A stretch of DNA of 64,000 nucleotides from Isurus oxyrinchus (lineage: Eukaryota), in the NCBI GenBank assembly GCA_026770705.1, contig JANJGN010000007.1, positions 168,206,001-168,270,000 on the forward strand, in the 5' to 3' direction. The position numbers and the translations under genes were made by a program. Position 1 is the stretch's first letter. Every line of letters starts with the position of its first letter. Shown in pieces: positions 1 through 11,904 of this stretch. Below the pieces are notes generated by a model. It was not told the DNA's origin. It did no database searches and was given only the letters and a program-made list of their open reading frames with translations.

Positions 1-814
1 TCTATGTGCCCAGGAAGGAGGGGTCACATGTGAAATCCTGTCTCCAAATCCCATAGAAATTTCTGAGCTGCCTTTGTACTGCGTGATGAAATGAGCTCTG
101 AATTAATGAGATGTTTTGAATTAGTGAAGTCACAGTTATTGGAGCAGAGGTAGTGTTGTCAGTGACTGCTTTAAATGAAGACGGTTGCAGTTAAAACAAG
201 GTGGCCCACTTACTGTCCAGATCTTCACATCCTTCAGCTGATTAGCAGTACAAACGCAAATAATGACTTGCCTCAATGCCTTTTAACGTGTTTTCATTCC
301 ACCTCGAACCATACCGCGGAGGCCTATTAGGTTCCGTGGGTCAAAACTATGAAAAGCAGCTTACAGAGGAAAGGAGTGGGTGGTGAAAGAAGCAATCAGC
401 TGGTTGTGTCTTTATTAATATGCTTAAGGGTTAAGTTGGGTCTTTTAGTCTTTAATTTCTCTAAGGGTGATGTGTATTTGTAGAGTTTGGCACTTGCCTG
501 CTTTGTTCTCAGGCAATCCGTATACAGCTCCCGCCTGTCATCAAGGATCATTTTTGTTGGCTGCCTCTTTAGACTGACTGCTGCCTGTCCCATTGAACCA
601 AGCAGCCTTTACAATTTCCCAGTGGTTTCGGTGGACATGCAAGAGTTTGCAACCTCAGCATTTTGGGGGGCCAGCTATGTGTGGGGAACTCATTTGACTA
701 TGATCAAACCTTGTTTATTCTGATTTCTTCCAAATATACTAGTTAAAATTTGGTAAAATCTGCCACATTTGCAGCTGTCGGTTCAAAAAAATTGTCCAAG
801 GAGAACAATGCTAC

Positions 815-930
815 TTTCTGACAGAGTGGCTTCCTGAAAGGTGAACCTGCCTTATCTCCCTTCATGTGCTGACAAACCTGCTGTGTGTTCTCAGTATTTT
901 CCATTTTTGTTTCAGAATGCCAGCAGTTTC
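815..930 (+). mobile_element. Heavily decayed PLE terminal-repeat (pLTR) remnant
   Basis: Loosely resembles the pLTR copies at 15944-16052 and 57614-57747 (ttctgaca..gaaaggtgaac..gctgacaaacctgctgtgtgttctcagtattttccatttttgtttcaga). Confidence 0.5.
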
Positions 931-1287
931 CTTTCTCTTTTGATCTTGAGTGTGGTTTATTGTGGATCTAGTCTTAATCTTTATTTTTAAATAGATGTTT
1001 TTATTTTATACTTTTTCAGCAACCGCCCCCACCCCCCCACCCCCAAACACAACCCTTACTCTCCACCCAAGAGTCACTTGCTGTTTCACAGATCTCTTCA
1101 GAATGAGACTGGGGTGATTTGATTGTGCCTTTCTGCATGACAGCAACCAAAGCAACTCTGTATTGGAGGAGGGAAGGAACACCCAGCTTTAATTTTCTCT
1201 TCTCTTCCTGTTTTTCCTCCCCTCTGTAATGATTTTGCTACTTTGATAGGACTACCCATGAATCACTGAACTGACAAACCGATTATT

Positions 1288-1442
1288 TAAGGAGGGATAT
1301 ACTTGCATTGAGGCAGTTCAAAGAAGGTGCATGAGGTTGATTCCTGGGGTGAAGGAGTTGTCTTATAAGATTGAGTAGGTTGGGCCTATACTCACTGGAG
1401 TTTAAAAGAATGAGAGCTGATCTTATTGAAACATAAAATATT
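1288..1442 (+). mobile_element. CR1 LINE 3' region, left half (interrupted by Gypsy)
   Basis: Matches the CR1 at about 27855-28010 (gatatacttgc..ctggagtttaaaagaatgagagctgatcttattgaaac). It continues at about 5618. Confidence 0.8.
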
Positions 1443-1443
1443 T

Positions 1444-1682
1444 TGTCTTGGATTTAGGGTCTGGTTGGGATTTCTTTAGGTTTGCCTATGCTGCCGTAGA
1501 CTGTTATTCATAGAATCCATTCCTGTTTATTTATGGATCTATATACATCTCAGTACTCTACAGGAGGTTGTATTTCTGTTTTCCACCAGATCTCAGTTTC
1601 TTAGTTGTGTGACATTGCATCATAGATACATCAGCAGTTACATTAGTATCAGGTTCTCCTGATGTTAACTCTTTACTCTACA
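1444..1682 (-). repeat. Putative 3' LTR of the Gypsy element (239 bp)
   Basis: On the minus strand it starts TGTAG directly after the purine tract GGGGGAGA (1683-1690) and ends AGACA at 1444. TATATA at 1540-1545 and AATAAA at 1526-1531. No second LTR is available to confirm it. Confidence 0.65.
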
Positions 1683-2068
1683 TCTCCCCCAAAGTCTTTA
1701 TCCCAACTATATACATACTCCTACACAAAGCCTCAGACTTCACAGGGTTAGTCTCTGTGATGCCTTGACTAATCTCTCTGATCTAGTCCCGATTTCATTT
1801 TGAACTGCACTGTCTCATTGTTCATACGAGTGTCCTCCACTGAGTGGTTGTTCCTGGTTCCTTGTCTTCATCCGGATATAAATAATGCATCTGAGATTCC
1901 ATTGGTTTCCTTCCCAATGAATCAAGGCTCTTTAGTTCCTTCTGGCCCGTCTCAATTTTAAAAAATCTCAGCTATGGAGCTCTTTCCATTACAATGCCTT
2001 CTTTCTGTTAATCTCATATCCACACTCTCTCCTCAGGCTGTGCACTTTAAAGTCTCATGCTCTGTGCT

Positions 2069-2880
2069 TCAAGTTGAAAGTACGAGCTTGACTGCGTCAT
2101 TATTGCTGCCATGCTTCTTAACTTTCTCACAATCATCTGAAGTAATATTAGGTTGTGGTGTTTGTTGTACAGCTGGAGTTCTGTTCGCAAGCATTTTCTC
2201 ATCATTAGTTCTGATGGTGAGAAACTCTTTTAGTGGTGAGGTTCTGTGGTTAAGAAGGGCTAAGTTAATATCTTTGTCCTTTTTTGTCGATTCCTTGATT
2301 GGTCGAACTCCTCTTCCTGCTTCTCTATTCGACTGAAGATATCGAGGTGAACTAGTCACATGCATGAAATCATTTTACCGTGCAAAGTTATGGAATAGCT
2401 CATTAGCAAACTGAGGACTGTTGCCTGACATCACAATGTCCAGTATGCCATGTGTCGCAAAGATTCTTCTTAGTGATATAATGACTGCCTCCCCCTGGTA
2501 CTATGCAGTCTACTCACTTCAAACCATCTGGTATAGTAATCAAGGAAGATGATGTAAACTTTGCCTTTGAACTTGAATAAGTCCAGCCCTAGGCTCTTCC
2601 ATGGCCCCATAGGAAAGGTAGATGGTGCAAGTGGTTCACTATCCACTGCATACGTAAGGTGATTTGTGATGCACTCTTCAATGGAGTGACCAATGCCTTG
2701 CCACCAAACTGACTGTTGGGCTCTTGCAGTGCGTTTGCTATTCCCAAATGACCTTTATGGGTTTTCTAAAGAATATCAAGTCAAAGTGTTTTAGGGATGA
2801 CTAGTCTGTCGTTAAAAACTAAATAATCTTCATTGATTGCAAGATATATTCTCTGTTCAAAGTACTGATGAAATATTGGG
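2069..2880 (-). pseudogene. Gypsy integrase remnant
   Basis: ORF 2069-2365 HVTSSPRYLQSNREAGRGVRPIK resembles the integrase core HxTSSPxYPQSNGxAERxVxTxK. Upstream, HKGHLGI..RAQQSVWW resembles the zinc-binding region. Confidence 0.85.
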
Positions 2881-3199
2881 CTGTTAGGAGTTTAATACAG
2901 CCATCCATTCTGGCAATACTCTTATTTTGATGCACTCATCATCCTGCTGGTGTGCTTGCTTAATTTCATGTAATCTCTTCTTGTTGGCTGTTAAATGTTT
3001 GGTAATAAACAAAGTATATGCTTCCACTTCCTCAATAAAATTTAAACCTTCATACTTGATAGCTTCCACTGGTATTCTTGACAATGCACCTGCTGTCGTC
3101 TAGTACTTCCTTTGAACATACTCAGTAAATGAATCATATCTCATAAGTCTCTGTCTAAAATATTGAATTTAAGGTGGCATTTTTTGCAATTTCCTTTAC

Positions 3200-4250
3200 G
3201 TTAAGAAGGGCAATCAAAGATTTGTGGTCAGATTCAATTTTAAATTTTAAACCTTAATCCCATGACATGATCAGAGAACTCCTTGCAGACCCACGTGGCT
3301 GCAAATGCTTCTTTCTCAATGGTTGCACACCTCTTCTCTGTATCCATGATAATAAACGTATAATAAACTGGTGGTTTTTGTCTATTTTTTGAACTTGAAA
3401 CAGCACTGCCCCCAAGCCTGTAAGTGATGCTTTAATTGTTGGTCACTCTTGATCATAGTGCACTAGAATCTCTGGTGAATTTAGGAGGTTTTTGATCTTG
3501 TCAAAAGCATTTTGCTGATCCATGTTCCAGCATCACTGTTGACATTGTCCCAACAGCTGTCTTAATGGCTCGTGGATTTCTGTCAGGTTTGGTAGGAACT
3601 TGCCTTCTTGATTGACCATACCAAGTAATCTTTGTAATTCTGTGATGTTTCTCGGTTGTGGAAACTCTGTAATGACCTTGGTTTTCTGTGGGTCAGCCAT
3701 AATTCCAGAAGCTTGCGTAATGTGCCCTAGGAGTGTTACCATTGCTTTGCAAATTCATATTTGTTGTTTAATGTCAAACCTGCTTCTTATAAGACTTTGA
3801 GGACTGTTCCTACATGGCAGTTATGTTCTTCCTTTGAGCAACCATGTACAAGAATGTCGTCCATATGACACATTACTCCTTCCATGCTTTCTAGGGTCAG
3901 AGATACTGTTCTCTGGATTATCTCAGAGTTTGAAGCAATTCTGAATGGTAACCTGTTAAAACAATAACAACCAAATAGGGTGATAAAAATAGTTAGCAAT
4001 CTGGATTCTTTGTCCAGAGGCAACTGTTGAAAGCTGCTGTTGACATCTAATTTTGTGAAGAGGATACTTTTTGCTAATTTGGTGAGACTTTCATCCACTG
4101 ATGCCAACGGGTGGATCTTGCACTCAACTGACTTGTTAAACTGAGTCAAGCCCATTCTAATTGAACCATTAGACTTTGGTACTGTGACCATTCCAGAACA
4201 CCATCAGTATGGTTACTGGACAGATGATCCCTTGGTGTAATATCTGTTCC
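3200..4250 (-). pseudogene. Gypsy reverse transcriptase / RNase H remnant
   Basis: ORF 3787-4191 has TKLDVNSSFQQ, FNRLPF and CHMDDILVHG. ORF 3533-3742 has LLGHI..GIMADPQK..FPQPRNITELQRLLGMVN (RT thumb). Confidence 0.9.
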
Positions 4251-4739
4251 ATATCACTCATGACTTTGTGTAAGAGTGGATGAGGGACCTTCCTCGCTGT
4301 GAAGAGACATATAGGTTTAGCATCTGCCCTTAGGGTTATGTAATATTCTGTTTTCAGCTTTCCTAAACCTGAAAATAAGTATGGGAATTCATTCTTGAAT
4401 ACATAATGGACTGCTCACCTGCAGTTTCATCACCCTTGTAAATCAGGCTGAACTACAAGCACGCTTTTCTGTTCAGTAATTGTGACTTTGGTTCTTTATC
4501 ACAGAGGTTCCATAATTTCTTTATCCTTGTATCTTAATCTTGCCAAATGCTGGCCTATTACTTTTCATGTAGTCCCTCCTGGATCTTGCAATTGCCTGGA
4601 GGATGGTTGTAATTTGATATTTCTTAGTCATTTCATTTCATCAGAAAATACACAGACACCTTTCTCAGTATCTAACTTGAATTCTGTGTGGTGATGATCA
4701 ATTTCTAATTTGATGTTCCTGTAATTATTTTCTGTTTCG

Positions 4740-5600
4740 TTAAACTTCTCCGAAGAGTGTTATTTGTTCTTTCTGTGGCTCTTCCACTTCTTGGATTTTG
4801 TTTGGTTTAGTTGTTATCTCTTTCTTCCTATGAGCTTTAGGAGTTTTGGATCTGCAGACTATTTTAAAATGTCCTAACTTCCCACAGTTATGGCACTCAG
4901 CTCCCCTGCTGGGTATTCTTCCTGCTTGTGCAGGGAAATTGCACACTGAGAACATCACAAGATGGCGGATAGCATGCTTTCCCCTCATTTTTGAGGGCTT
5001 TTGCTTCATTGGGGTTTCTCTTTTTTGTCCGATATCTTGAATGGTTTCACTTACTTTTCTCCAAGGGACATCACTTTCCCCATGAGCAGCCGTTCTGTTT
5101 AGCTTCCTAAACTTGGTCTGCCGCATTATTTGTACTGACTTTAAGAGAGTTAAATCTTCCCTTATTTGCAAAAGATTTGACAGGGTTTCATCTAAGACCT
5201 CAACCACTATACAATTGCGTATTAATTTATCTCTGAGGATCCCATAGTCGCAATTCTCCGCAAGTCTGTACAGGTCATTTATAAATGAATCCATGGCCTC
5301 AACTGGTTTTTGCCTCCCCAATGATCAAATTTATTTGAATACTGACTTTCGAATCGAATGCCTTATACGAGCTTGAAGCCTCATCGATGCCCTGTCTTGC
5401 AATGTCTTGCTATGGCTCCAACTGTGTTAAGTAAAGTACCAACTTGATCCTTCTGATCCTTCTTATGCAAACTTTAAGCTGTTCTGTATCTGGCAAATTT
5501 CTTTTTCTAATTGTCCCAATGTTGAACCTGTTGCAAGCCTTCAGCGCTTCAGAATGGTTCTGGGAGTGGCAATTTGGACTCCTTGCTTACCTTAGGCTCT
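4740..5600 (-). pseudogene. Gypsy gag remnant with CCHC zinc knuckle
   Basis: ORF 4740-5321 has RQKPVEAMDSFINDLYRLAENCDYG..DKLIRNCIV and CHNCGKLGHFKIVC (Cx2Cx4Hx4C). Confidence 0.88.
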
Positions 5601-5617
5601 GGATCTGTTGCTGTTCA

Positions 5618-5942
5618 GTAGTTGCTGAGGGGATATCTCCACTCGTGGGGAAATCTAGAACCAGGGGACACAGTTTCAAAACAGGGGGCCTCCCATTTAA
5701 ACTGGAAATGAGGAGGAATTTCTTCTTTCATAGGGTTGTTAATCTTTGAAATTCCCTTCCCCAGAGATCAGTGCAGGCTGGACCATTGAATATATTCAAG
5801 GCTTTAGTTAGATTTTTAACCTACAAGGGAATCAAAGGTTAGGGGGGCAGGCAGGAAACTGGAGTTGAAGCCACAATCAGATCAGCACTTTTCTTATTGA
5901 ATGGCAAGCTGGAGGGGCTTGAGGCCTTCTCCTAATTCTTTT
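5618..5942 (+). mobile_element. CR1 LINE 3' end, right half
   Basis: Encodes SRTRGHSFK..EMRRNFF..RVVNL and matches the CR1 3' end at 28030-28370. Confidence 0.85.
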
Positions 5943-7126
5943 GAGTGTCCCAGCACTGGCAGACAAGCTGGGTGAGAGGCAACCTTGGAGATGTTAAGCA
6001 AGCATCTTCGGGTTTTTATATTTTTAAGCAATATAATTTGTGAGGGTGAGTGCAAATCAGACTAAAATAACCTAGAAACTTCCATACAATGGATTTTGTC
6101 AAGGGGAAAGAGTCCATTTGTTTTCTAATGAATGTCAGGATATTTTTGTATGATGCGTTTAACAGGATTTTGAAGTAGGTTTTAAAAAATATATATTAAA
6201 CATATTTTCTAGTGTGTACTTTTCCAAACATAGCCACCTGCATTTCTGTTACTGTTTTATGAGTAACTGTGTACATTGTGCAGTTCACTATTGTCTGCTT
6301 GAGGTTCCAATTAGTATTGTTGATTCCCCCCCCCATTCCTCAAAGTTTAAACATTTCTTTAAAAAAAACTAAAAATCTTGTTGGGTGGTCGGCTCACCAC
6401 TGCTTTTGCTGGCTGGCTGTCATTAGTATCTTTCAGTGTTTTAACTTTTCATTTTCTCCTCCAGACCTTGTGACTTCCCACATCTTCCTTCAACAGAAGC
6501 TCAAGAGATGGACTACAACCAGACCTTCCCCACTGCCTTCCCAATTCACCCAGCAGGAAAACTGACTACTCAATGCCCCTTTTTAGCTTCATGCCCTATA
6601 TTGACTAAGGCAACTTGAAATGGGTACTGGAACTGACATGGCATGAATACTAACGCTATGTTTTCATGATGCTGAGCAGAGTAGCTGTGGGATGAAGAAA
6701 CTGGCTCCCATTCAGTTTGACCTGATTCACCCCTAGGTCCTTTGTTCCTGGTGCCAGAATCATAAAGCCACCGTTGCTGGCATCATGAATCATTGTCCCA
6801 GCTCCAAGTTTCCAGTCCCAATAAACCATAAATTCCACATTTCAAGATATAAATCAAATATCTGATCTCATGGAAGACAACCAGTGGCAATACTTGGTTT
6901 TGGCTTGATCCAATTGAATCAACCAAATTTTGGATTAGTTTCAACATCTGGCCTCAACCTACATCCATGGTTGTACCCAACTGTTTGACAAAATAGCTTT
7001 TTGATGGCTAAGTGGTCGACTTTTAAAAAGTTGTCTTTTGCAATCTGTTATGAATATTTTCATATTTTCACAGAAGAAGCTGATTACAGGAATGTATGGT
7101 TTACACATTTATGCTAGTGACTAGGA

Positions 7127-7686
7127 GGGCAGAAATTTCTCCCTGTTGGAGGTGGGGTGGGTGTGAACCCGAACGGTGCCCCTGGTTGGGGCTGCGCCGC
7201 CATTTTACATGGACGGGCTAATTAAGGCCCGTCCAGCGTGACGCTCGCCCAGAAGTGCCGAGGGAGATTTGTTTAAGTTTTAAACACCTAAATAAAGAAA
7301 TTAAAAACTTTTAAAACATGTCCCCTCATGTGACAGTGTCACATGAGCTGGGACATGTCAGTGAATTTTTTTTTAAAAATTTTCTTGAATTTTTAAACAC
7401 TTCATGATATCTCATCCCGCCTGTGGATGAGGTCCCATGAAAAATGCGAAGGTCGCCTGGGCTCTTCGCCTCCCAACCAACCTTAAGGTTAGATGGGCAA
7501 CTCATTTAATTATTTCAATTAGTTTTTAACAGGCCCTAATAGGCCTTTGACAATTCGGCGAGCGCACAGCCGACTGAAAATCTAAATGACATGTGGTGAC
7601 AGGACACCCGCCCGACATCACCATGCATCACTTTACACGTCGGCGAGCGGGCCCCACCTCTGCTTGCCGACCTGAAAATTCTACCC
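7127..7686 (+). mobile_element. Palindrome-array MITE family A, copy 1 (internally deleted)
   Basis: TIRs gggcagaaatttc / gaaaattctaccc. Shares the ctcatgtgaca-g-tgtcacatgag hairpin and other blocks with four more copies. Orientation is arbitrary. Confidence 0.85.
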
Positions 7687-7714
7687 CAGGTTTTCATTCT
7701 TGGGCCAACTTCAG

Positions 7715-7931
7715 TAACAGAATTTACAGCACAGAAACAGGCCATTCAGCCCCAACAGGTCTACACTGTTGTTCATGCTCCACAGAACCTGTACAAAACA
7801 AATGAGGACGACTTCAATTTTTAACAGAATTTACAGCACAGAAACAGGCCATTCAGCCCCAACAGGTCTACACTGTTGTTCATGCTCCACAGAACCTGTA
7901 CAAAACAAATGAGGACGACTTCAATTTTTAA
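7715..7931. repeat. Perfect 107-bp tandem duplication (includes a CR1 3' tail fragment)
   Basis: 7715-7821 is identical to 7822-7928, with a taa overlap at the junction. Confidence 0.95.
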
Positions 7932-9213
7932 TAAAGCCCCCCCCCCCCCCACATAATCATCCCCTAGAGTTGTGGGACAGAGGCTTGTGTGAGATGTTGC
8001 CTTATTGCAGTGGCCTGTTAGCATGACTGTCCTCATGACTGACATAAATAACAAACTGAAGTCAATCTTCTTTGGGCTATGCAGTTGATTTATGTTTTAC
8101 TTTCCTGTGCTTTGGCTAGTTGGGCTTCCTTGATTTTCTGCCAGTTTCTTGTTATCCGCTAAGCATCAACCACCCCCTCCGACTTGCAGGTAGTGCAGGC
8201 TCCACTGTGTTGTTAACTACGCAAACCATGGGGACAATTTCCAAGCTATAATCTAATCTCAAAATTCAGATTACTGTCACAAAACGCTTGGCTCTAGTGT
8301 TGTAGTTTATGATGAAATTTGATCTGCTTGATAAGATTACTGGTTTGTAATTTTACTCAGTTATCAGTATCATGTATGAAGCACAGAGCACTGAAAATTT
8401 AAAGGAGCACATTTTAGCAGCTCTCCGAGGACAGAAGATGTAAGCAGCTCTAGTTCAAATTCCTGGCAAAACAGATTTACAAAAACAAAACTTTGAGTTG
8501 AGCCAAGTTTTCACTCTTCCTGTTGACCTTGACTCACTTCTTTTAATGGTTTGATTGGCTGGAGTAAATCTGGATCAAATTAAACCCAAATATGCTTAAC
8601 AAAAGCTGGTTCTTTCCTCTTTTCAAAACCTTTCCTACAGACTAAAAGATGCCGTGAAAACCTTTGGACATTTTATGAAAAAAATTATCTTCTTCCTGCA
8701 CCCCCTCTCCTGCGCTGCAAGAGCTTCCTCCTAACTTCTAAGGTGTGAGCATGTAACCTGATTCAGACCACAGTGAGGTTCCTTAAAGTCACATGTGATA
8801 ATTCATCTTTTGAAACTTCCTTTTCATTTTTGTGAAGCAACAGCTTTTCTTTTTCCAATATTCTCAGCTCTTCACATATTACTGTATTTGTGTTTTCAAT
8901 CTAAAAGACCAAAAGAGAAGACTTAACGTTCTAGAGGCCACATAATTATTAGACATGTATTAGACAAATACAAAAGCAAAACAAATAAAATAACTTGCAC
9001 TGGAGCTAAACTCCACCTAAAAATATTCTTTATGTATACTTATAATTAATGCAGTTTTTTGGGAACAACAGCCAACTTGATCTGTTTTAATCCAACATGA
9101 ACAACGGTCGCTCAATCGAACTAAACTTGCGTAATCCAAGACTTTTTCAGCTCAGCAAGAGGTACACTCTTTGCAAGTTGAACTGGAATATGGTATTTTA
9201 ATACATGCTCATA

Positions 9214-10790
9214 CATTAAATCCTCACTTAAAGGGTAGAATTTTTTGCCTGGCGGGCAGGCAGGTCCGACCCAATCTCCGGCGGGCGGGGAGCCGATCCT
9301 CGCCAGAGAAGAAGGCTCTGCCGCCATTTTATGTGGGCGGGCCAATTAAGGCCCGCCCAGCATGACGTCCGGTGGGAAGTGCTATACGCTTCTTGTGCAG
9401 GTGGGGGGGAGTCCCCCAAAAATGAGAGTGCGCTCTTTCGCGCATGTGCACGAAAGAGCGCACATCTCCCTGAGGCTAAGTGCTGCCTCAGGGCGATCGC
9501 TTACAGTTTTAAAAATATTAAAAACTGAAAAAAGAAATTTCCCTAACATGTCCCCCTCATGTGACAATGTCACATGAGGTGGGACATGTTCATAACTAAC
9601 TAATTAAAAATTTTAAAACCCTGCATGAAATCTCATCCCGCCCATGGATGAGGTTTCATGTTTTATCTGTCTGCCGCTGGGGCTCCTGGCCTGCCCGCCA
9701 GCCTTAAGGTTGGACGGGCAGGTACATTTCGTACTTTAATTGATCTGTCAATGGCCTCAATTGGCCATTGACAGGTCGGTGGGCCTGCAGCTGATTTTGC
9801 TGTGCCCCCGCCTTCCTGAAAATTTAAATGGGCCGGGATGATGTCGGGGGTTCCGCCCGAAGTCATCCTGCATCATTTTATGCGTTGGCGAGTGGGCCCC
9901 ACCCCTGCTCGCCAACGGCAAAATTCTGCCCTGAAAATAGCGATTTTAAGTGAAACAACTTTAAGTGAATCATTGTTAAAACTGGAGTTAGGTTCCTTCA
10001 GACATGTCTTACCCAGAAAAACCAATGCACAAGTTAAAATACTGTATCATATGTGACTATGCATTCCCAGCTGGAGTAACTTGCAAAATAAAATAAATCA
10101 CTAATTATAACAGAAATACTGTATAAATTCAAATTAGATAACACTAAATCACTCAAACAAGCCCTGGGCAGCATAGCTTCTGTGTCTCAGCCACAGCACT
10201 CTTGAAACTCAGCTCAACTTTTTGCTTGCTTTCTTTTCCACATTGTTTCTCTCTCTCTCTATTTTCCTACTCAGTGCCTCTCTCACTCCCTCCTTTCCCA
10301 CTCTGTCTCACCACCATCCCCCTCAACCTCACCCCCCCACCCCAGCCCAGGGCAGTAACTCAACAACCTGAGGCTCTGGCCAACTCCCAGTCCGAGTCTG
10401 CACCTGGACCTCTTCCTGACAGTCTGCAGACTGTCCCGGGTCATGGATGGAGCTGGGGAAGGGGGCTGCGGATAGAGCCAAGGGCCCCAATCTGTCCCCT
10501 CCTCACCTACTTTGCCACCTGTTTAGCGGCCAGCAGCTTCCTCTTACTCTCAGATCTGGGACGTCACTCTCTCCCTGCAGCCTCAACCTCTGGTGGCAGT
10601 GGTTCTGGCATGAGAACTTGGTGGCAGCTGGCACCACAGCTTGCAATGAGGCAGAGGGGTTGGGTAGGGGCAGAGTGCAGACGATGTAAGACCGAAATGG
10701 CAATGCAAATCGGAAAAGCAGGCCCTAAAGAATACACAAGGTTAAATTGAAATGTCATGAAGTGGGGTGACTTAAAGTGAGGAATTAAGG
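9214..10790. mobile_element. Old Tc1/mariner-pogo (Tigger-like) non-autonomous element, interrupted by MITE A copy 2
   Basis: Imperfect TIRs cattaaatcctcacttaaa / ttaaagtgaggaattaagg, TA on both flanks (9212-9213, 10791-10792), and subterminal ttaagtgaa repeats. Confidence 0.6.
9233..9931 (+). mobile_element. Palindrome-array MITE family A, copy 2 (most complete)
   Basis: TIRs gggtagaatttt / aaaattctgccc and six internal inverted repeats. Confidence 0.9.
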
Positions 10791-11904
10791 TATGTGTTGG
10801 GTGTGGAATTTCACTATATTGCCAACTGCAAAGTTATTGTTTAATAAACTTGTTAGTGTCATTGATACACTAATGTAATATTAGCATGTATCAGTGAGGC
10901 AAAGCATATTGGTAGTTAGTATTTTTAGGATGTGGACTGCCAACAAAAAAAACCCAAAATTGAATAATATCACCCAATCGGTATAACTGGTAGTGTAACT
11001 GATTACAGTTTTACAACTTACTTCAGTTCACTGTTATCATTTTTTTTTCCCTGGTACTTCACATTTTGCATCAGAAATATGACTGTAGCGCTCGCCAAAT
11101 CTAAGGTGATGGACTTTACCTTGATCTAGGCAGGCTCACTGCCAGGACTTGGTAGTTGATGGCTTGCTTGTCTTTGGCAGCCAGTTAAATCAGCCAAATT
11201 TCCCACGCTGTAGGGAGCTTACTTTCCTTAGTCTCTTTGGCTCTGCTAGAAATTGCTTAACTTTCAGTACAGACCAGATCAGAATCTGGAACCTTCCAGT
11301 TCTATAATGCAGTTGTTAGTAAGATAAGCTTGCTGAGCAATGGCGTGGGTGGAGTTGGGGGGGCAGTGGGTGAGGTGGGTATGGTGTAGAAAACCAAGAA
11401 TTTTATTTTTAATATAAATAGACCGCTCTCAAGTACCTAATTACAAGTTCTGACTTTCCAGTAGAGATGAAAGAAGCCCTAAAATGTAACTTGGGCAAGT
11501 CTGCTTGTTTGCATTGCATTTTAAAATCTTGGACCAGGACATATCCTTGTATCCTGTGTTGTATGCACAGGTTATCATGATTTATTTAAAGGAAATAAAA
11601 GTATTAGTTGTGGTCAATAGATTATGTTATTAAATTAAATTGAATTTGCCTTTATTAGATTAATAAGCAAACAGAAGCATGTTTCGACTTGACACAATAT
11701 ACTGGATTCAGTTTCTGTGTTTGTGCAATCAATCTGGCATTGTATGTTTTTTAGCAGCACTTTCTGCATCAGGCCTGAAAATTCCTCTAGCCCAAAATCT
11801 GGGGCCTGCCTTAACGCAGTAAAAAATTTGGTCCATTTTCTGCTGTAGTACATTATTTTGCCACAAGATGCTGCTAATGCATTTCTAAACCTTATTAATA
11901 GATT

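Larger units (their letters stand above)
1444..5617 (-). mobile_element. Decayed Ty3/Gypsy LTR retrotransposon (gag-PR-RT-RH-IN-PPT-3'LTR), 5' LTR absent
   Basis: Minus-strand domain order: CCHC gag, FKLDT protease-like motif, RT with HMDD, RNase H region, integrase, polypurine tract, LTR. Integrase after RT is the Gypsy order. Many stops and frameshifts. Confidence 0.92.

Noticed and set aside
314-339. Small hairpin ccgcggaggcc-tatta-ggttccgtgg
   Set aside because: Short, imperfect and single-copy, so compatible with chance.
8641-8742. Possible coding exon after a polypyrimidine tract and AG
   Set aside because: Weak donor and no recognisable peptide. Such sites arise by chance.
10202-10750. 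182-aa ORF as a gene
   Set aside because: Low-complexity, pyrimidine-rich interior of the Tigger-like element, with no recognisable domain.
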